In this document: positions 49,584-60,041 of the stretch, piece after piece
How positions within the stretch are numbered: the first letter of the stretch is position 1
Layout of the letters: the number at the start of each line of letters is the position of its first letter
Assembly: GCA_965215015.1 (NCBI GenBank)
Contig: OZ244042.1
Coordinates: 5,600,001-5,664,000, forward strand
Direction: 5' to 3'
DNA length: 64,000 bases
From: Candidatus Poribacteria bacterium
GTDB taxonomy: Bacteria > Poribacteria > WGA-4E > PCPOR2b
The notes under the pieces: model-generated
Told to the model about the DNA's origin: nothing
Database searches by the model: none
What the model saw: the letters and a program-made list of their open reading frames with translations, nothing else
Program-made: the position numbers and the translations under genes

Positions 49584-52500
49584 TCACTTCGCCAGGAACT
49601 CATAGTACTGATCGACCAACCTCCGATACTCAGGCGGCACATCTTCTTTTAGCACCTGTGCGAGTTGCTTTTTTTCTTGAATTGTGGCGAGACGTTCTTC
49701 AATCGCCCGCTCAAGTTTCCTGAGTTCACGCAGCGAAAAATCGTAGCGGGGAAACGGTGCTCTCCGGGTTCCGGGACGATTGTTCATAGCACGGATCGCT
49801 CCAAGCCAGAGTTCCCTGAGTTCGCGATCCGACTCCGCACCTCCAGCTTGTGCCTGCTCATCCCCCTGAGCGTCCCCCTGTTCCTGTGCTTCCATTGCCT
49901 CCTGGGCACGCTGCTGTATCTGTGCCTGCTGTTCGGACAATTGTTGCTGCCGTGCCTCCTGTTCAGGTGTTAGTGGCGTTTCCTGATTGTCCGTTGCCTC
50001 AAGCTCACGCTGGATATCTTCCATCTGTGCTGCCCAACTTTCGATCTGGTCCAATGCTGCGTCGAGTCGCTCCTCCTCTGTTTCCGCTAGATTTATCCGC
50101 GCTTGTTGTAGGTCATCTCGTGCTTCCAAGAGGGTGTCGAGCACCTCCCGTTGCTCGCGCTCTGAGGCTTGGAAATTCCGCCACTGCAATGCCCGTTGTG
50201 CATCCTCCATATTTTCAGGTGCCTGCTCCTCAATGATGCGACGGTTTGCGTCTGCCACGTTTCGCGCCGCTTGGGGCTCGTTTTCGTTAAGTGCTTCTCG
50301 CAGATTCGAGAGATTGCGTTGAAGTCCTTCAAGGTCTCGGCGAAGGGTTCGCTGTTCATTTGCCAACTGAGAGGCATTCCGCAAATCTTCAAGCCTTACA
50401 CCCTCCTGTCGAGTTTCTTCCTCAAGGGTTTCCGTTTGCTCTCGTATCTCCGATTGTTTGGTCATGAGTTGGTCAATTGCTTCGGTTACATCTTCAAGGG
50501 CTTGATCGGTATACTGTGCAGCAACCTTCTCAAGTTCCTCAATCGCCTGCTGGAGGTTTTCTTCGGCTTTTTGCCCCTTCGCAGCCCCCATCTGCGGCTG
50601 TCCAGCCCCCATGTTCTCTGAAGCTGCCTGCATATTTTCAGATGCCCGCTGCAACGCTTCGCCCGCCTGAACCATGCGTTGTCCTGTATTGTTTCCAGTA
50701 CCCTGTCCGGCCGACTGTCCCATCTGTTGGGCTTGTTCTGCCATCTGCTGGGCTTGTCCTGCCAACTGCTGCTCCTGTTGGCTATTTTGCTGCATCTCTC
50801 GCTGTGAAGGCTGCCCCTCCCGTGCCATCTGCTGGCTTTGCTCCGTGAGTTGCTCTTGTTGGGAGAGCATATTTCTGGCTTGATCCAGTAGTGCTTGCGT
50901 TTGTTCGCGCATCTGCTCATCCAACTCATTTTCGTCCTGCTCAATAGCGTCTTGGAGGTCTTCCATTTCCATCTCTATATTATCGGCAGCTGCTTGGCTG
51001 CCCCCCGTTCGCATTTGTGTCAAGACCTTATCTAACTCCATCATGGCTTTGGTGAGCAGTTCGAGAGCGTCCTGTTCATGTGGAAGCGCCTCTTTCGGCT
51101 TAATGGCAAAGAGCTCGTCGCTCGCTTCACCCATCTTGGCGACAGCTTCCTCTAGATTCATCAGCATTTCGGGGTCTACATTTGCATCGCGCATTGACAT
51201 ACTCAACTCATCGGTAACTCGCTGTGTTTTGTCTTTCAGCTGGTCCTGTTCTACCCCTATCTTTTTAATAGCAGATTGATAGTCCTCCGTCATGGGGGAC
51301 GGACGCGAGTGGATGTGCTTCCATGTGTTCTTGATAATTGCCCGTTGATCTGCTATTAGATTGGGGAAAGGTTGCCCTTCTGGAGTTTGCTGCCCTTCTG
51401 CATCCATCTGCATATACCGTTCATTGAATGGACGCACCTCGATGAAATAGAGCTCAGAGGTGCCTGTTCCTGGGCCTGTCCGCGTGTTGTTGTCAGTGGC
51501 TTGGGCGTAGTAGGAGATGAGCTCCCCCGGCTCTACATCGAGTTCTTCGAGATAGAAAACGTAAGCACCGGAGATAATGTTTTTCTCTTTAACCTCGACA
51601 GTTTCCGCCTCTAATTCTTGGGGTTCACCGGAACCGATGCTATACATCAATGTCATCTCTTCAACGCCGTAGTCGTCTATTGCCTCTGCGAGGACTTTGA
51701 CCTCCTCTAGTTTTGTGGCTTTAATATCCCTGCCCGGTTCCTTGATGCCAACCTCAGGCGGCTCATCGGGGATTGCTGTAACGGTGTATTCGATCGGGGT
51801 TTGGTTATTAAAGCCATCAACACAGAGTAGTTTAACGGTATACTTTCCGTCGTTCAGCACATCGAGGGTCGTAGTAAGCGTGCGTCCATCAGAGATAAGC
51901 ATGGAAGTTGGATCTTGTGTGTCCACTGTGAGGGTCGCTGATTGGATGGCTTTATTTATCGTGATACGGACTTCTGCTTGAGACCCTGCAACAGCGCGGA
52001 TGTTCCCCTCCCCCTGCTGCGTAATCGGGTTCAGTTGTGTGTATTCGGGATAGGTGTAGGTAACCTCAACCGCGGTGACTTTCGGCATGTCAAACACTTC
52101 AATAGTGTAAGACTCCGATTCTGCTCCGTTCGCTGTCACATAATATTCCATATTTTTATTAATGTTAAAGATTTCGTAGCCAAATCTGCGTTTCTCACCC
52201 TCGATTCGCATCATATCAATTTCTTGACGCTGCGGTTCCGTGTCTACAATTGAATCTCCTTTTGTATAAATAAGCCTCGCTTTATCGGCAGCTTTGCCGC
52301 TTACCTCCGCATTAATCGCAAGGCCGCGACCCCGCAAAATGCGAGCGTTACCCGGCTCCACGGTTAGCTTTGTCGTTAATACCGGCTCGGTTTTTTCCCA
52401 AGGGCTCAATAGGCGATTCAGAGAAGTGTTCAGTTCAGTGGGAAAAATTAGAGCTATGAGCGCGCAGCCGGCGAGCGCGGCAACCGCAATACCGATATGT

Positions 52501-52955
52501 TTGCGTTTCTTGCTTGTATCGACCGTTGCCTTGAAATCAATTCCCTCAGTACGTTCCGCAGCATCCGTAACCAATCGCTCCAACAGATGCGATTCGATCG
52601 GATCTTCCGTTTCCACCTTACCGAATTGGAGGGCACTGACGAGCCGATCCTCAAGATCTTGGTGCTGCCGCTCGACGTTGAGGGCGACATCGTGCGGCGT
52701 GAGTTTCACCCGAAGCGGTTGAATAAGGTATCTATAGAGCAGATAGCCCGCAGTACCAATAATCCCGATGAGTAGCACAATGCGAACACTGCGTGGTAGC
52801 GGCATCAGTAGGTCTACAATCGCCGCACCGGCGAGAATCGAAATCAATCCGACAATAGCAATTGCACAGCCGGTCCAAAATAGTGTCCGTTTCCAGACAC
52901 GGCGAGCTGCCAAGACTCTTGCTTGTAACTCTGTGTAACCTTCCCTTGCTGCCAT
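49584..52955 (-). CDS. DUF4175-like large membrane-anchored coiled-coil protein
   Basis: N-terminal TM helices, an Ig-like middle region (A.DDYG), Q/E-rich coils and a terminal VP.EYR.LV..YY..L. Confidence 0.82.
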   Translation of the reverse strand: MAAREGYTELQARVLAARRVWKRTLFWTGCAIAIVGLISILAGAAIVDLLMPLPRSVRIVLLIGIIGTAGYLLYRYLIQPLRVKLTPHDVALNVERQHQDLEDRLVSALQFGKVETEDPIESHLLERLVTDAAERTEGIDFKATVDTSKKRKHIGIAVAALAGCALIALIFPTELNTSLNRLLSPWEKTEPVLTTKLTVEPGNARILRGRGLAINAEVSGKAADKARLIYTKGDSIVDTEPQRQEIDMMRIEGEKRRFGYEIFNINKNMEYYVTANGAESESYTIEVFDMPKVTAVEVTYTYPEYTQLNPITQQGEGNIRAVAGSQAEVRITINKAIQSATLTVDTQDPTSMLISDGRTLTTTLDVLNDGKYTVKLLCVDGFNNQTPIEYTVTAIPDEPPEVGIKEPGRDIKATKLEEVKVLAEAIDDYGVEEMTLMYSIGSGEPQELEAETVEVKEKNIISGAYVFYLEELDVEPGELISYYAQATDNNTRTGPGTGTSELYFIEVRPFNERYMQMDAEGQQTPEGQPFPNLIADQRAIIKNTWKHIHSRPSPMTEDYQSAIKKIGVEQDQLKDKTQRVTDELSMSMRDANVDPEMLMNLEEAVAKMGEASDELFAIKPKEALPHEQDALELLTKAMMELDKVLTQMRTGGSQAAADNIEMEMEDLQDAIEQDENELDEQMREQTQALLDQARNMLSQQEQLTEQSQQMAREGQPSQREMQQNSQQEQQLAGQAQQMAEQAQQMGQSAGQGTGNNTGQRMVQAGEALQRASENMQAASENMGAGQPQMGAAKGQKAEENLQQAIEELEKVAAQYTDQALEDVTEAIDQLMTKQSEIREQTETLEEETRQEGVRLEDLRNASQLANEQRTLRRDLEGLQRNLSNLREALNENEPQAARNVADANRRIIEEQAPENMEDAQRALQWRNFQASEREQREVLDTLLEARDDLQQARINLAETEEERLDAALDQIESWAAQMEDIQRELEATDNQETPLTPEQEARQQQLSEQQAQIQQRAQEAMEAQEQGDAQGDEQAQAGGAESDRELRELWLGAIRAMNNRPGTRRAPFPRYDFSLRELRKLERAIEERLATIQEKKQLAQVLKEDVPPEYRRLVDQYYEFLAK

Positions 52956-52989
52956 TGTTTACCTCCAGTTCACCTTCTATTTTTTAGTG

Positions 52990-53188
52990 CTAAAGTCGTT
53001 GATAGATATATCCTTCGTCAACGTGGTAGTCGTTTCCTCCAACACGATAGACATGCTGTGGAAACTCCTTGTTTGCAAGACTATTTTTATTAAGATGACG
53101 CAAGACATTAACACCCGAATCAATCATTTTTTATGTTAAGTGGTTCTTTTGCTATGATTTTCTCTATTACCACCACTTCTTCAGCCAT
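52990..53188 (-). pseudogene. Degraded small hypothetical gene
   Basis: MAEEVVVIEKIIAKEPLN, then a frameshift in an A run to MIDSGVNVLRHL...DEGYIYQRL*. Confidence 0.35.
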
Positions 53189-53262
53189 GATAGAATTCCT
53201 TTTTTTCGTACTGTGCACGCCCCATAAAAATCCCGTCCCTTTGGAAATTGATGTTTAACCTA

Positions 53263-54189
53263 TTAGACGAGATTCCTTTCCAGAAGGTTATCTACGATCC
53301 CACCTATTGATGAAAACTGAGAAGTGTCCAGCCATTCAATCCGCGAATCGCTGCGAAACCATGTCAACTGCCGTTTGGCGAATCGACGGGTGTTCTGTTT
53401 TAAGAGCCCTATTGCCTCATCAAGTGTTCGCTTTCCGTCAAGATAATCTATGAGTTCCTTATATCCGAAACTCTGCATTGCGATGCAGTTGCGTGGGGCA
53501 CCTTGATTTAACAGCCCTTTGACCTCTTCAATTAAACCTGTTTCTACCATCTGATCCGTCCGTTTTTCAATTCGCTGGTAAAGCGTTTCCCGCGGCATGT
53601 TAAGTCCGAATGCTCGGAATCGGTAACGCGGTTCATTCGTCTGCCACTGCCCTTGGAAGGCAGAAATCGGTTTCCCTGTCAGTTCATAAACCTCTAAGGC
53701 GCGAATGACTCGGACGAGGTTATTTGGGTGAACCCGATTTGCTGCCTCCGGATCGCATCGGCGCAGCCGTTCATGAAGGGCAGCGTTGCCGTGCTCGTCC
53801 GCTTCCCGTCGGAGCTTCGATCGAATTTCTGCATCCGCACCAGGACCGTCAAAGAGTCCATCAATGATGCTGCGAAAATATAGGCCCGCCCCGCCTACAG
53901 CCAGCGTCCGTTTGCCACGCTCATGAATCTTTGCGATCGCGGTGTCCGCCAAACGCTGATATTCTGCGACGGAGAAGGGTTGACCCACGTCGACACAATC
54001 GATGAGATGGTGGGGGACCGCTCGCTGCTGATCTGGCGTCGGTTTTGCCGTACCGATGTCCATCTTCCGGTAGATTTGCCGTGAATCGATCGACACAATC
54101 TCGGTGTCGAAGTACTGTGCAAGCCGAAGGGCTATTTCAGTCTTGCCAACGGCGGTTGGTCCTATAATACAAATCAACGGAGATTTCAT
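53263..54189 (-). CDS. miaA: tRNA dimethylallyltransferase
   Basis: Motifs GPTAVGKT, DSRQIY, DIGTAKP and FAKRQLTWFR. Confidence 0.97.
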   Translation of the reverse strand: MKSPLICIIGPTAVGKTEIALRLAQYFDTEIVSIDSRQIYRKMDIGTAKPTPDQQRAVPHHLIDCVDVGQPFSVAEYQRLADTAIAKIHERGKRTLAVGGAGLYFRSIIDGLFDGPGADAEIRSKLRREADEHGNAALHERLRRCDPEAANRVHPNNLVRVIRALEVYELTGKPISAFQGQWQTNEPRYRFRAFGLNMPRETLYQRIEKRTDQMVETGLIEEVKGLLNQGAPRNCIAMQSFGYKELIDYLDGKRTLDEAIGLLKQNTRRFAKRQLTWFRSDSRIEWLDTSQFSSIGGIVDNLLERNLV

Positions 54190-54324
54190 GGCGTGAAACA
54201 TGATGCGTGGAAACGGTTTGTTCATTGGTGCCCCGCCTCCGCCCCTGATAAATCGGAATGCAAGCACCTACGATTTCTGTTACACGATTTCTTTACATGA
54301 ACCAAGCATTTAATTAGCTGGCTT

Positions 54325-55023
54325 TTAATCAATGGTCATTGCACATCGGAATCCGAAGTCGGTGAACTGCTTCTCGGGGGCAAGACTACTCCGCGCTGCA
54401 CAGCGGGCAAAGCGGATTCTGTGGCGCCACGAACCGCCACGCGCCACACGACGACTGCTGTGTCTGGGACCAGTCGGATTGCGATTCGGCGAGATTTCGT
54501 AGTAAGCCGGATCGTAGTTATCAGTGCACCATTCGTGGACGCCCTCTGACATATTGTAGAGCCCATAACCGTTGGGCCCCTCCGTCCCAACCGGAAAATG
54601 CGGTGCATTCCGTCCACCTCCATGGTCCTCGTACAGTTCATCGCCCCATGGATACTCTCTGCCTTCTAACCCACCCCGTGCTGCTTTTTCACGCTCCGCC
54701 TCTGTTGGGAGACGATAGGCTTTGCCGATCAAGTCCCTTAACCACTCGCAATAGGTAACGGCCTCATACCAACTGACCCCGACAACCGGTTGGTCTGGGT
54801 GTTGGAACTTGGCCTCACCCCAAAACGGCGGCGGTGGATGGGCTGTCATCTCCATAAAACACTTATACTCTCGGTTGGTCACAGGGTATCGTGCCATGCC
54901 GAAAGCGTCCACCCATACACGGTGGAGGGGTTGTTCATTCGCCGCACCGTTTTCGCTTCCCATAAGGAAATCTCCTTCGGGAATGGCGACTATATTGGGC
55001 TCAATGAATTTCGGTGCTTGCAT
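54325..55023 (-). CDS. Formylglycine-generating enzyme (SUMF1/FGE-sulfatase) domain protein
   Basis: Motifs FLMGS, PVTN.EY, RLPTEAE.EKAARGG, RGGSW and GFRC. Confidence 0.9.
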   Translation of the reverse strand: MQAPKFIEPNIVAIPEGDFLMGSENGAANEQPLHRVWVDAFGMARYPVTNREYKCFMEMTAHPPPPFWGEAKFQHPDQPVVGVSWYEAVTYCEWLRDLIGKAYRLPTEAEREKAARGGLEGREYPWGDELYEDHGGGRNAPHFPVGTEGPNGYGLYNMSEGVHEWCTDNYDPAYYEISPNRNPTGPRHSSRRVARGGSWRHRIRFARCAARSSLAPEKQFTDFGFRCAMTID

Positions 55024-55175
55024 GGGTGCATTTTCCCTTCGTCGGCGTTTACCAACCCTTTGTGCTTTTGCGTATCTCAGTGCCCTCCGATTTTGCCTTG
55101 ACAAGCTTCTGAGGACATGCCATTATAGCAGCCTAACTTTTTAGATGTCAACTTTAACCTTTAAGGTAACAGAAA

Positions 55176-55757
55176 ATGGTATGGATTCAAACCGTTTCCG
55201 AATCAGAGGCAACGGGCATTGTTAAGGAAGAATACGAGGCAGGAATCCAGCGCGCTGGGCGAGTTTACAACATCGTCAAGCTATTCAGCATCAAGCCGGA
55301 AAGCCTCAGAGTGTTCATCAATCAGTATGAGATTATCATGTTTGGTCCTTCCAAGTTGAGTCGGGCCCAACGAGAGATGATAGCGACAGTGGTTTCACAG
55401 ATTAACGCCTGCCGATACTGAGTCCAAGCACACGGCGAAGACCTGCGGGAACAGGTCGATGAAGATCAACTGGTGCGTCAGATCAAAACGGATTTCCGAT
55501 CTGCGAATTTGGACCCAACCATGAGAATCATCCTAGAGTTTGCAGAGAAGGTTACCCTTGCCGCGTATACGGTTCAACCTTCAGATCTTGATCTGCTCAG
55601 ATCGCACGGCTTGGATGACGAAACAATTTTCGATGTCGTTGAGATTGTCGGGTTCTTCAATTCCGTCAACCGGATTGCGGATGCGCTGGGAGTTGAACTG
55701 GAGGACTTTCTTGACACGACGGATCTGCCATCGGCACCAGTAGCCGGAGACGAGTGA
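55176..55757 (+). CDS. AhpD/CMD-like peroxidase-related selenoprotein, CxxU, Sec at UGA 55419-55421
   Basis: ORFs 55176-55421 and 55473-55757 are in frame and read VSQINACRY-U-VQAHG, matching the AhpD-like CxYC..xH motif. Hairpin at 55440-55457. Confidence 0.88.
55440..55457 (+). promoter_or_regulatory. Candidate bacterial SECIS element
   Basis: gacctg-CGGGAA-caggtc, a perfect 6-bp stem. The loop starts 24 nt after the UGA and has G at position 2. Confidence 0.65.
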
Positions 55758-56503
55758 AAGTTGAGATGTCAGCCAAGCCAAACCTTGAAGGTTACCTCTC
55801 TGCTGTGATCAAAGAAGGGTTATATCCAAGTAGAGGGAACCTTCAATTTCACTTGAAGACTCTATTCAAGAATGTCCCTCTTGAAAACAGACAGGTGCTT
55901 GATATTGGTGGTGGAAGTGGGCTGCATAGCTTCTATGCGGCTTGTATGGGTGCGAAGGAGGTTATATGTCTCGAACCGGAAACGGAGGGGAGTCGTTCTG
56001 GGAGGAGTGTCAAGTTTAGGAAATTAAGTGAAATTCTCGGATACAATTATGTAAGGTTTGAACCTATTACATTTCAAGCCTTTGAGCCCACGAAAAAGCA
56101 GTTCGATATTATCTTACTTCATAACTCGATAAACCACTTAGATGAAGCTGCCTGCATCAACTTGCTCAACAGTGAAGCGTCCAAGGCGATTTATATGGAC
56201 ATATTCTCAAAACTTATTTCGATCGCAAATAGCGGGGCAAAGCTAATCGTTTGTGATTGCTCAAGATATAATCTCTTCGCCTTGCTTAAAATTAAGAATC
56301 CTTTTGCCCCCACGATAGAGTGGCATAAACATCAGGCCCCGGAGGTCTGGGTGAATCTGTTAAGTCAGGTAGGGTTTATTAATCCGAGAATCAGATGGAC
56401 CTCTTTTAACACGCTACGTTCTCCGGGGAGAGCCCTGTTGGGCAATAAGCTACTATCCTATTTTCTGAGAAGTGACTTCCGCTTCACGATGAAGAAACCT
56501 TGA
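55754..56503 (+). CDS. Class I SAM-dependent methyltransferase
   Basis: VLDIGGGSG motif I. GTGA overlap with the upstream gene. Visibly AT-richer than its neighbours. Confidence 0.85.
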   Translation: MKVEMSAKPNLEGYLSAVIKEGLYPSRGNLQFHLKTLFKNVPLENRQVLDIGGGSGLHSFYAACMGAKEVICLEPETEGSRSGRSVKFRKLSEILGYNYVRFEPITFQAFEPTKKQFDIILLHNSINHLDEAACINLLNSEASKAIYMDIFSKLISIANSGAKLIVCDCSRYNLFALLKIKNPFAPTIEWHKHQAPEVWVNLLSQVGFINPRIRWTSFNTLRSPGRALLGNKLLSYFLRSDFRFTMKKP

Positions 56504-56536
56504 ACTTGGAGGGTTGTGATAGGGTGTACGAGGTAT

Positions 56537-57784
56537 TCAAAAACGATTTCGCAGCCATCGCGGCTTGGATATTGGGCTTCGCGCTTCCTTAATCACCGCA
56601 TCCAGTGTCACCATCGGTTCGTTCCCTTCTTGTTGCAGGAATGCAGGGATGCCCGCCGGCACACAAAAATGTTCGTGGGGACCGATTACCCTCTCGACAC
56701 CAGCCATCTGCACAACCCCTCGTCCGCGGACGACAGAGATGATACAGAAGCGGTCAGGCCGCAGGTTCAATCCATACGCATTGACGCGTGCCACAGACAA
56801 CTCCAACCCACCGATCCCATCTCCATCGGTGGCTGACGCAGGGATGATTGGGTAACGCACAGACGGAAACTTTCCCGCAGCCCTCTCAATTTCACGTTCG
56901 AGATAAATCGTCTGGTTCATTGGACGGCTATAGACAGGTGTCCTCTCAAGTTTTTCTAGCTCAATCGGCTGCGCCTCCACATCGAGAAACACCCCCCACC
57001 CGCCGCGTGTCAAGGATCCGAAGATAAAGGGAACGTGATGCTGCATTGTGCTATCGTTGACATACCCGTGCCGCACTTTCGGGGGAATGGGCATGGCATA
57101 GCCTTCGCTCACTTCTGCATAGAATTCACCGAGAACCGTATTGCCGTGCAATGGTCCGTAGCCCAGATGAATCTCAACACCGTCTTGATGGAGATGAAAT
57201 GGCACATCTGACCGAGGTCCGTCGAGGTACGCCAGATTCCACGAATGATAATCCCCATAAACGAGCGGTACGATTGTAATGCCGAGATTGGGCACGATGA
57301 AACTTGCCTGCTCCGGGGCGTGTGTATCCAGTGTCGTATAGATACCGTTGCTGTTGGCGATTTCTTCCATCAGTTCAGTGAACCGATCTCGAACCTTCCG
57401 CATGGATTCCAACTTGCACGTCTCGACCCCCTCGCTCAATGAGTCGATGACCCTTGGAATGTTGGTGGCATAACGGTAGAACGTGGAGATGAGGGCACGA
57501 AAGTCAGCTTCCACGGTATCCATCGTTTGATTTGCGAGGTCTATCAGGAGTTCTACCGCCCGCTTGCGATGCGCCTCCGTGAGCGGGTCGCACATCTCAA
57601 TTTCATCAATCGCCAACCGTGTAGCGTGAAAGGCACCAATTGTATGACCGCGGAATGCGTAGCTGTACAATCGTGCCAGGGCAACATCTTCGGACGTAAT
57701 CTCCGCTGGCGTGCGTCCCTTCTCGTGGCTCTCACGTGCCAAGTCAACGAGCCGCGCATAGTTGGAATGGACCTGCATGGTCAT
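56537..57784 (-). CDS. Uncharacterised protein: helical N-terminus plus two cupin-like domains
   Basis: PFHLHQDGVEIH...GYAMPIPPKVRHG are cupin metal motifs. The second, degenerate cupin reads IISVVRGRG...VPAGIP. Confidence 0.7.
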   Translation of the reverse strand: MTMQVHSNYARLVDLARESHEKGRTPAEITSEDVALARLYSYAFRGHTIGAFHATRLAIDEIEMCDPLTEAHRKRAVELLIDLANQTMDTVEADFRALISTFYRYATNIPRVIDSLSEGVETCKLESMRKVRDRFTELMEEIANSNGIYTTLDTHAPEQASFIVPNLGITIVPLVYGDYHSWNLAYLDGPRSDVPFHLHQDGVEIHLGYGPLHGNTVLGEFYAEVSEGYAMPIPPKVRHGYVNDSTMQHHVPFIFGSLTRGGWGVFLDVEAQPIELEKLERTPVYSRPMNQTIYLEREIERAAGKFPSVRYPIIPASATDGDGIGGLELSVARVNAYGLNLRPDRFCIISVVRGRGVVQMAGVERVIGPHEHFCVPAGIPAFLQQEGNEPMVTLDAVIKEARSPISKPRWLRNRF

Positions 57785-57830
57785 TTTTTGTTTTGGTCTC
57801 CATTGACAAGTCAGGTTCGGAGCCTATACC

Positions 57831-58580
57831 CTAACCCGCTGTAAACCCACCGTCAATTGGTAGTGCAATCCCTGTCACGAAAGCAGATTCGTCCGACGCC
57901 AAAAACAGGGCACCGTAGGCAATCTCCTGCGGCGTAGCGAGGCGTTTCATCGGGTGCTGCTCGGCGAGTGCCTGATATTCCGCCGGCGTTTTCAGTACAC
58001 CTGCTAGGAGCGGGGTTTCAGTAAAACCGGGACAAAGGCAGTTGACACGGACATTGCTAGTGGCATAGTCAAGGGCCATCCCACGCGTCAAATTGGCGAC
58101 CCCACCTTTGGTAGCGACGTAAGCCGCGCGGGTCGGCGCCCCAACTATGCCGTAGATCGATGCCATATTGATAATCGAGCCGCCGCCGTTCTTAATCATT
58201 TCAGGAATGGCGTATTTTGAACCGAGAAAAACCCCTTTCAGGTTGATGTCAACGCAGCGATCCCAGGCTTCCTCCGGCAGCTCCACGACGGGTAAACGCA
58301 TCGCAATACCCGCGTTGTTGAACAGTACATCCAACTTGCCATAAGTATCAACTGTCGATTTGACCATCGCCTGTACATCAACCGCCGCTGTTACATCGGT
58401 GCGAACGAACATCGCCTCACCGCCATCAGAGCCAATCTGATCAGCTACTTCGTTTCCTCTAGCTTTATCCAGATCCGCTACGACAACCTTTGCCCCTTCT
58501 TTGGCAAATAAGAGGGCCGTTGCCCGTCCGATTCCGGAGGCAGCACCGGTGATGATTGCAACTTTACCTTCGAGTCTCAT
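57831..58580 (-). CDS. Short-chain dehydrogenase/reductase
   Basis: Motifs TGAASGIG, NNAG, Y...K and DGG. Confidence 0.93.
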   Translation of the reverse strand: MRLEGKVAIITGAASGIGRATALLFAKEGAKVVVADLDKARGNEVADQIGSDGGEAMFVRTDVTAAVDVQAMVKSTVDTYGKLDVLFNNAGIAMRLPVVELPEEAWDRCVDINLKGVFLGSKYAIPEMIKNGGGSIINMASIYGIVGAPTRAAYVATKGGVANLTRGMALDYATSNVRVNCLCPGFTETPLLAGVLKTPAEYQALAEQHPMKRLATPQEIAYGALFLASDESAFVTGIALPIDGGFTAG

Positions 58581-58618
58581 AGTCCGTCGTTCTCCTCCGT
58601 TCCGAGAGTCTTCGCCCT

Positions 58619-59644
58619 TTACTGCTTCTCCTGCCACGCCGCTGGGTTCTCCGATTTCTCCTCAATCTGATTGCAGAGCGTCCCAATCCCTTCAACTTCT
58701 AGCTCAATGACATCACCGGGCTGAATCCACCGATCCAACTCCCAGCCACAACCTTTGCCAACCGTGCCAGATCCAAGAAAATCGCCCACACACAGGGTTT
58801 CGCTCTGCGACACAAAGGAGATCATCTCCGCGAAAGTGTAGTACATATCGGACGTATTTCCGTCAGCCCAAACTTCGCCGTTGACCCGCGCAATCATCCG
58901 CAAGTTATACGGATCGGCAATTTCGTCAGGGGTTACGAGGCAGGGCCCCATGATATTGCTGTTATCAAAATCCTTTCCTTTAGCGGGACCAAGTGCCAAT
59001 GTCATGTGGCGAAACTGGATGTCACGCGCGCTGATGTCGTTATAGATTGTGTAGCCACCGACATAGTTTGGCGCGTCTTCAACCGAGATATTCTTTCCTT
59101 CCACCCCGATATAAACGCCCCATTCCAACTCAAAGTCAAGTTTATTGGTGTAGTTGGGCCAAGTCACCGGTGCATTGTGTCCAGCGATAGAAGCGGGGCT
59201 CGTGCTACCGCGATAGTAATTCGGCAGCTTAAACCATTCGGGGGAGATCTCCTTGCCGGTGATCCGGGCGGCGGCATCCATGTGCGTCTTAAACACCCCA
59301 AAATCCCGCAGGCTAGCAGGACGCGGAAAGGGCGCGAGCAGGTTCACCTGATCAGCGGAGTAAACAATCTGTTCACCTCGGATACCGATGGGGTTGGTGC
59401 CGTCAAGGTGTTCAAGGCTCGCCTGCGCTGCCTCTCTTGATCTATCACCCCGCTCGAAGTATTGGAGCATGTCCGAGGGCAGGCTGGCCTCCGCATTCTG
59501 ATAGGCGGAGGATTGTCCCTGTGTCTCTAAAAGATAAAGGGCGTAGGCAGAATTGAGATCGACGATTTGATTGCCATCGATCATCGCCCCGAGTCGCTGC
59601 TGTTTTCCAAGTTGTGTTGTGAGTTCAAAGGTAACGAGCTTCAT
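58619..59644 (-). CDS. Fumarylacetoacetate hydrolase family protein
   Basis: Motifs RDF..F..H, LDFELE, YNDISARD, KGKDF and GSGT. Confidence 0.92.
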   Translation of the reverse strand: MKLVTFELTTQLGKQQRLGAMIDGNQIVDLNSAYALYLLETQGQSSAYQNAEASLPSDMLQYFERGDRSREAAQASLEHLDGTNPIGIRGEQIVYSADQVNLLAPFPRPASLRDFGVFKTHMDAAARITGKEISPEWFKLPNYYRGSTSPASIAGHNAPVTWPNYTNKLDFELEWGVYIGVEGKNISVEDAPNYVGGYTIYNDISARDIQFRHMTLALGPAKGKDFDNSNIMGPCLVTPDEIADPYNLRMIARVNGEVWADGNTSDMYYTFAEMISFVSQSETLCVGDFLGSGTVGKGCGWELDRWIQPGDVIELEVEGIGTLCNQIEEKSENPAAWQEKQ

Positions 59645-59794
59645 TGATACTCCTCGGTTTTTTCTTTTTACTATTTTAAGTTCTATTTCGCCATTGTACC
59701 TGCTGCGGTAACGGTTTTTCGTCCGAATGCCGCACCCATTTCTCGGTCAAATAGGATAGCACATCGTCAGGGCACTGTCAACGCAGATTCTGAA

Positions 59795-59996
59795 TTCATT
59801 TACCCCCATTTTTTTTAGAGGTGTCATGTTGGTTGTTTTAGAGAGGTATAGATGTGAGAAAGGGTTGTCAGATATGGTTCACACTGCCAATGTGCAGGGG
59901 AGATACATGCCAACACCCTTAATCACAATTATTCTCACTATCCTAAATCATAAAAATAAATCAAATCTATAACTAAAAAAAATGGGGGTAAATGAG
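59795..59996 (+). mobile_element. ~200-bp MITE derived from the IS4-family element
   Basis: Both IRs are present (tcatttacccccattttt ... aaaaaatgggggtaaatgag). The halves match the reverse complement of ~35935-36019 and 26794-26869. No TSD is visible. Confidence 0.88.
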
Positions 59997-60041
59997 TTAA
60001 GCGAGGGCTATCGGCTTACAGATGCATCAATAGTATACAAT

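Noticed and set aside
52960-53260. hfq downstream of miaA
   Set aside because: Translation shows no Sm motifs (no YKHAI), only a degraded hypothetical ORF.
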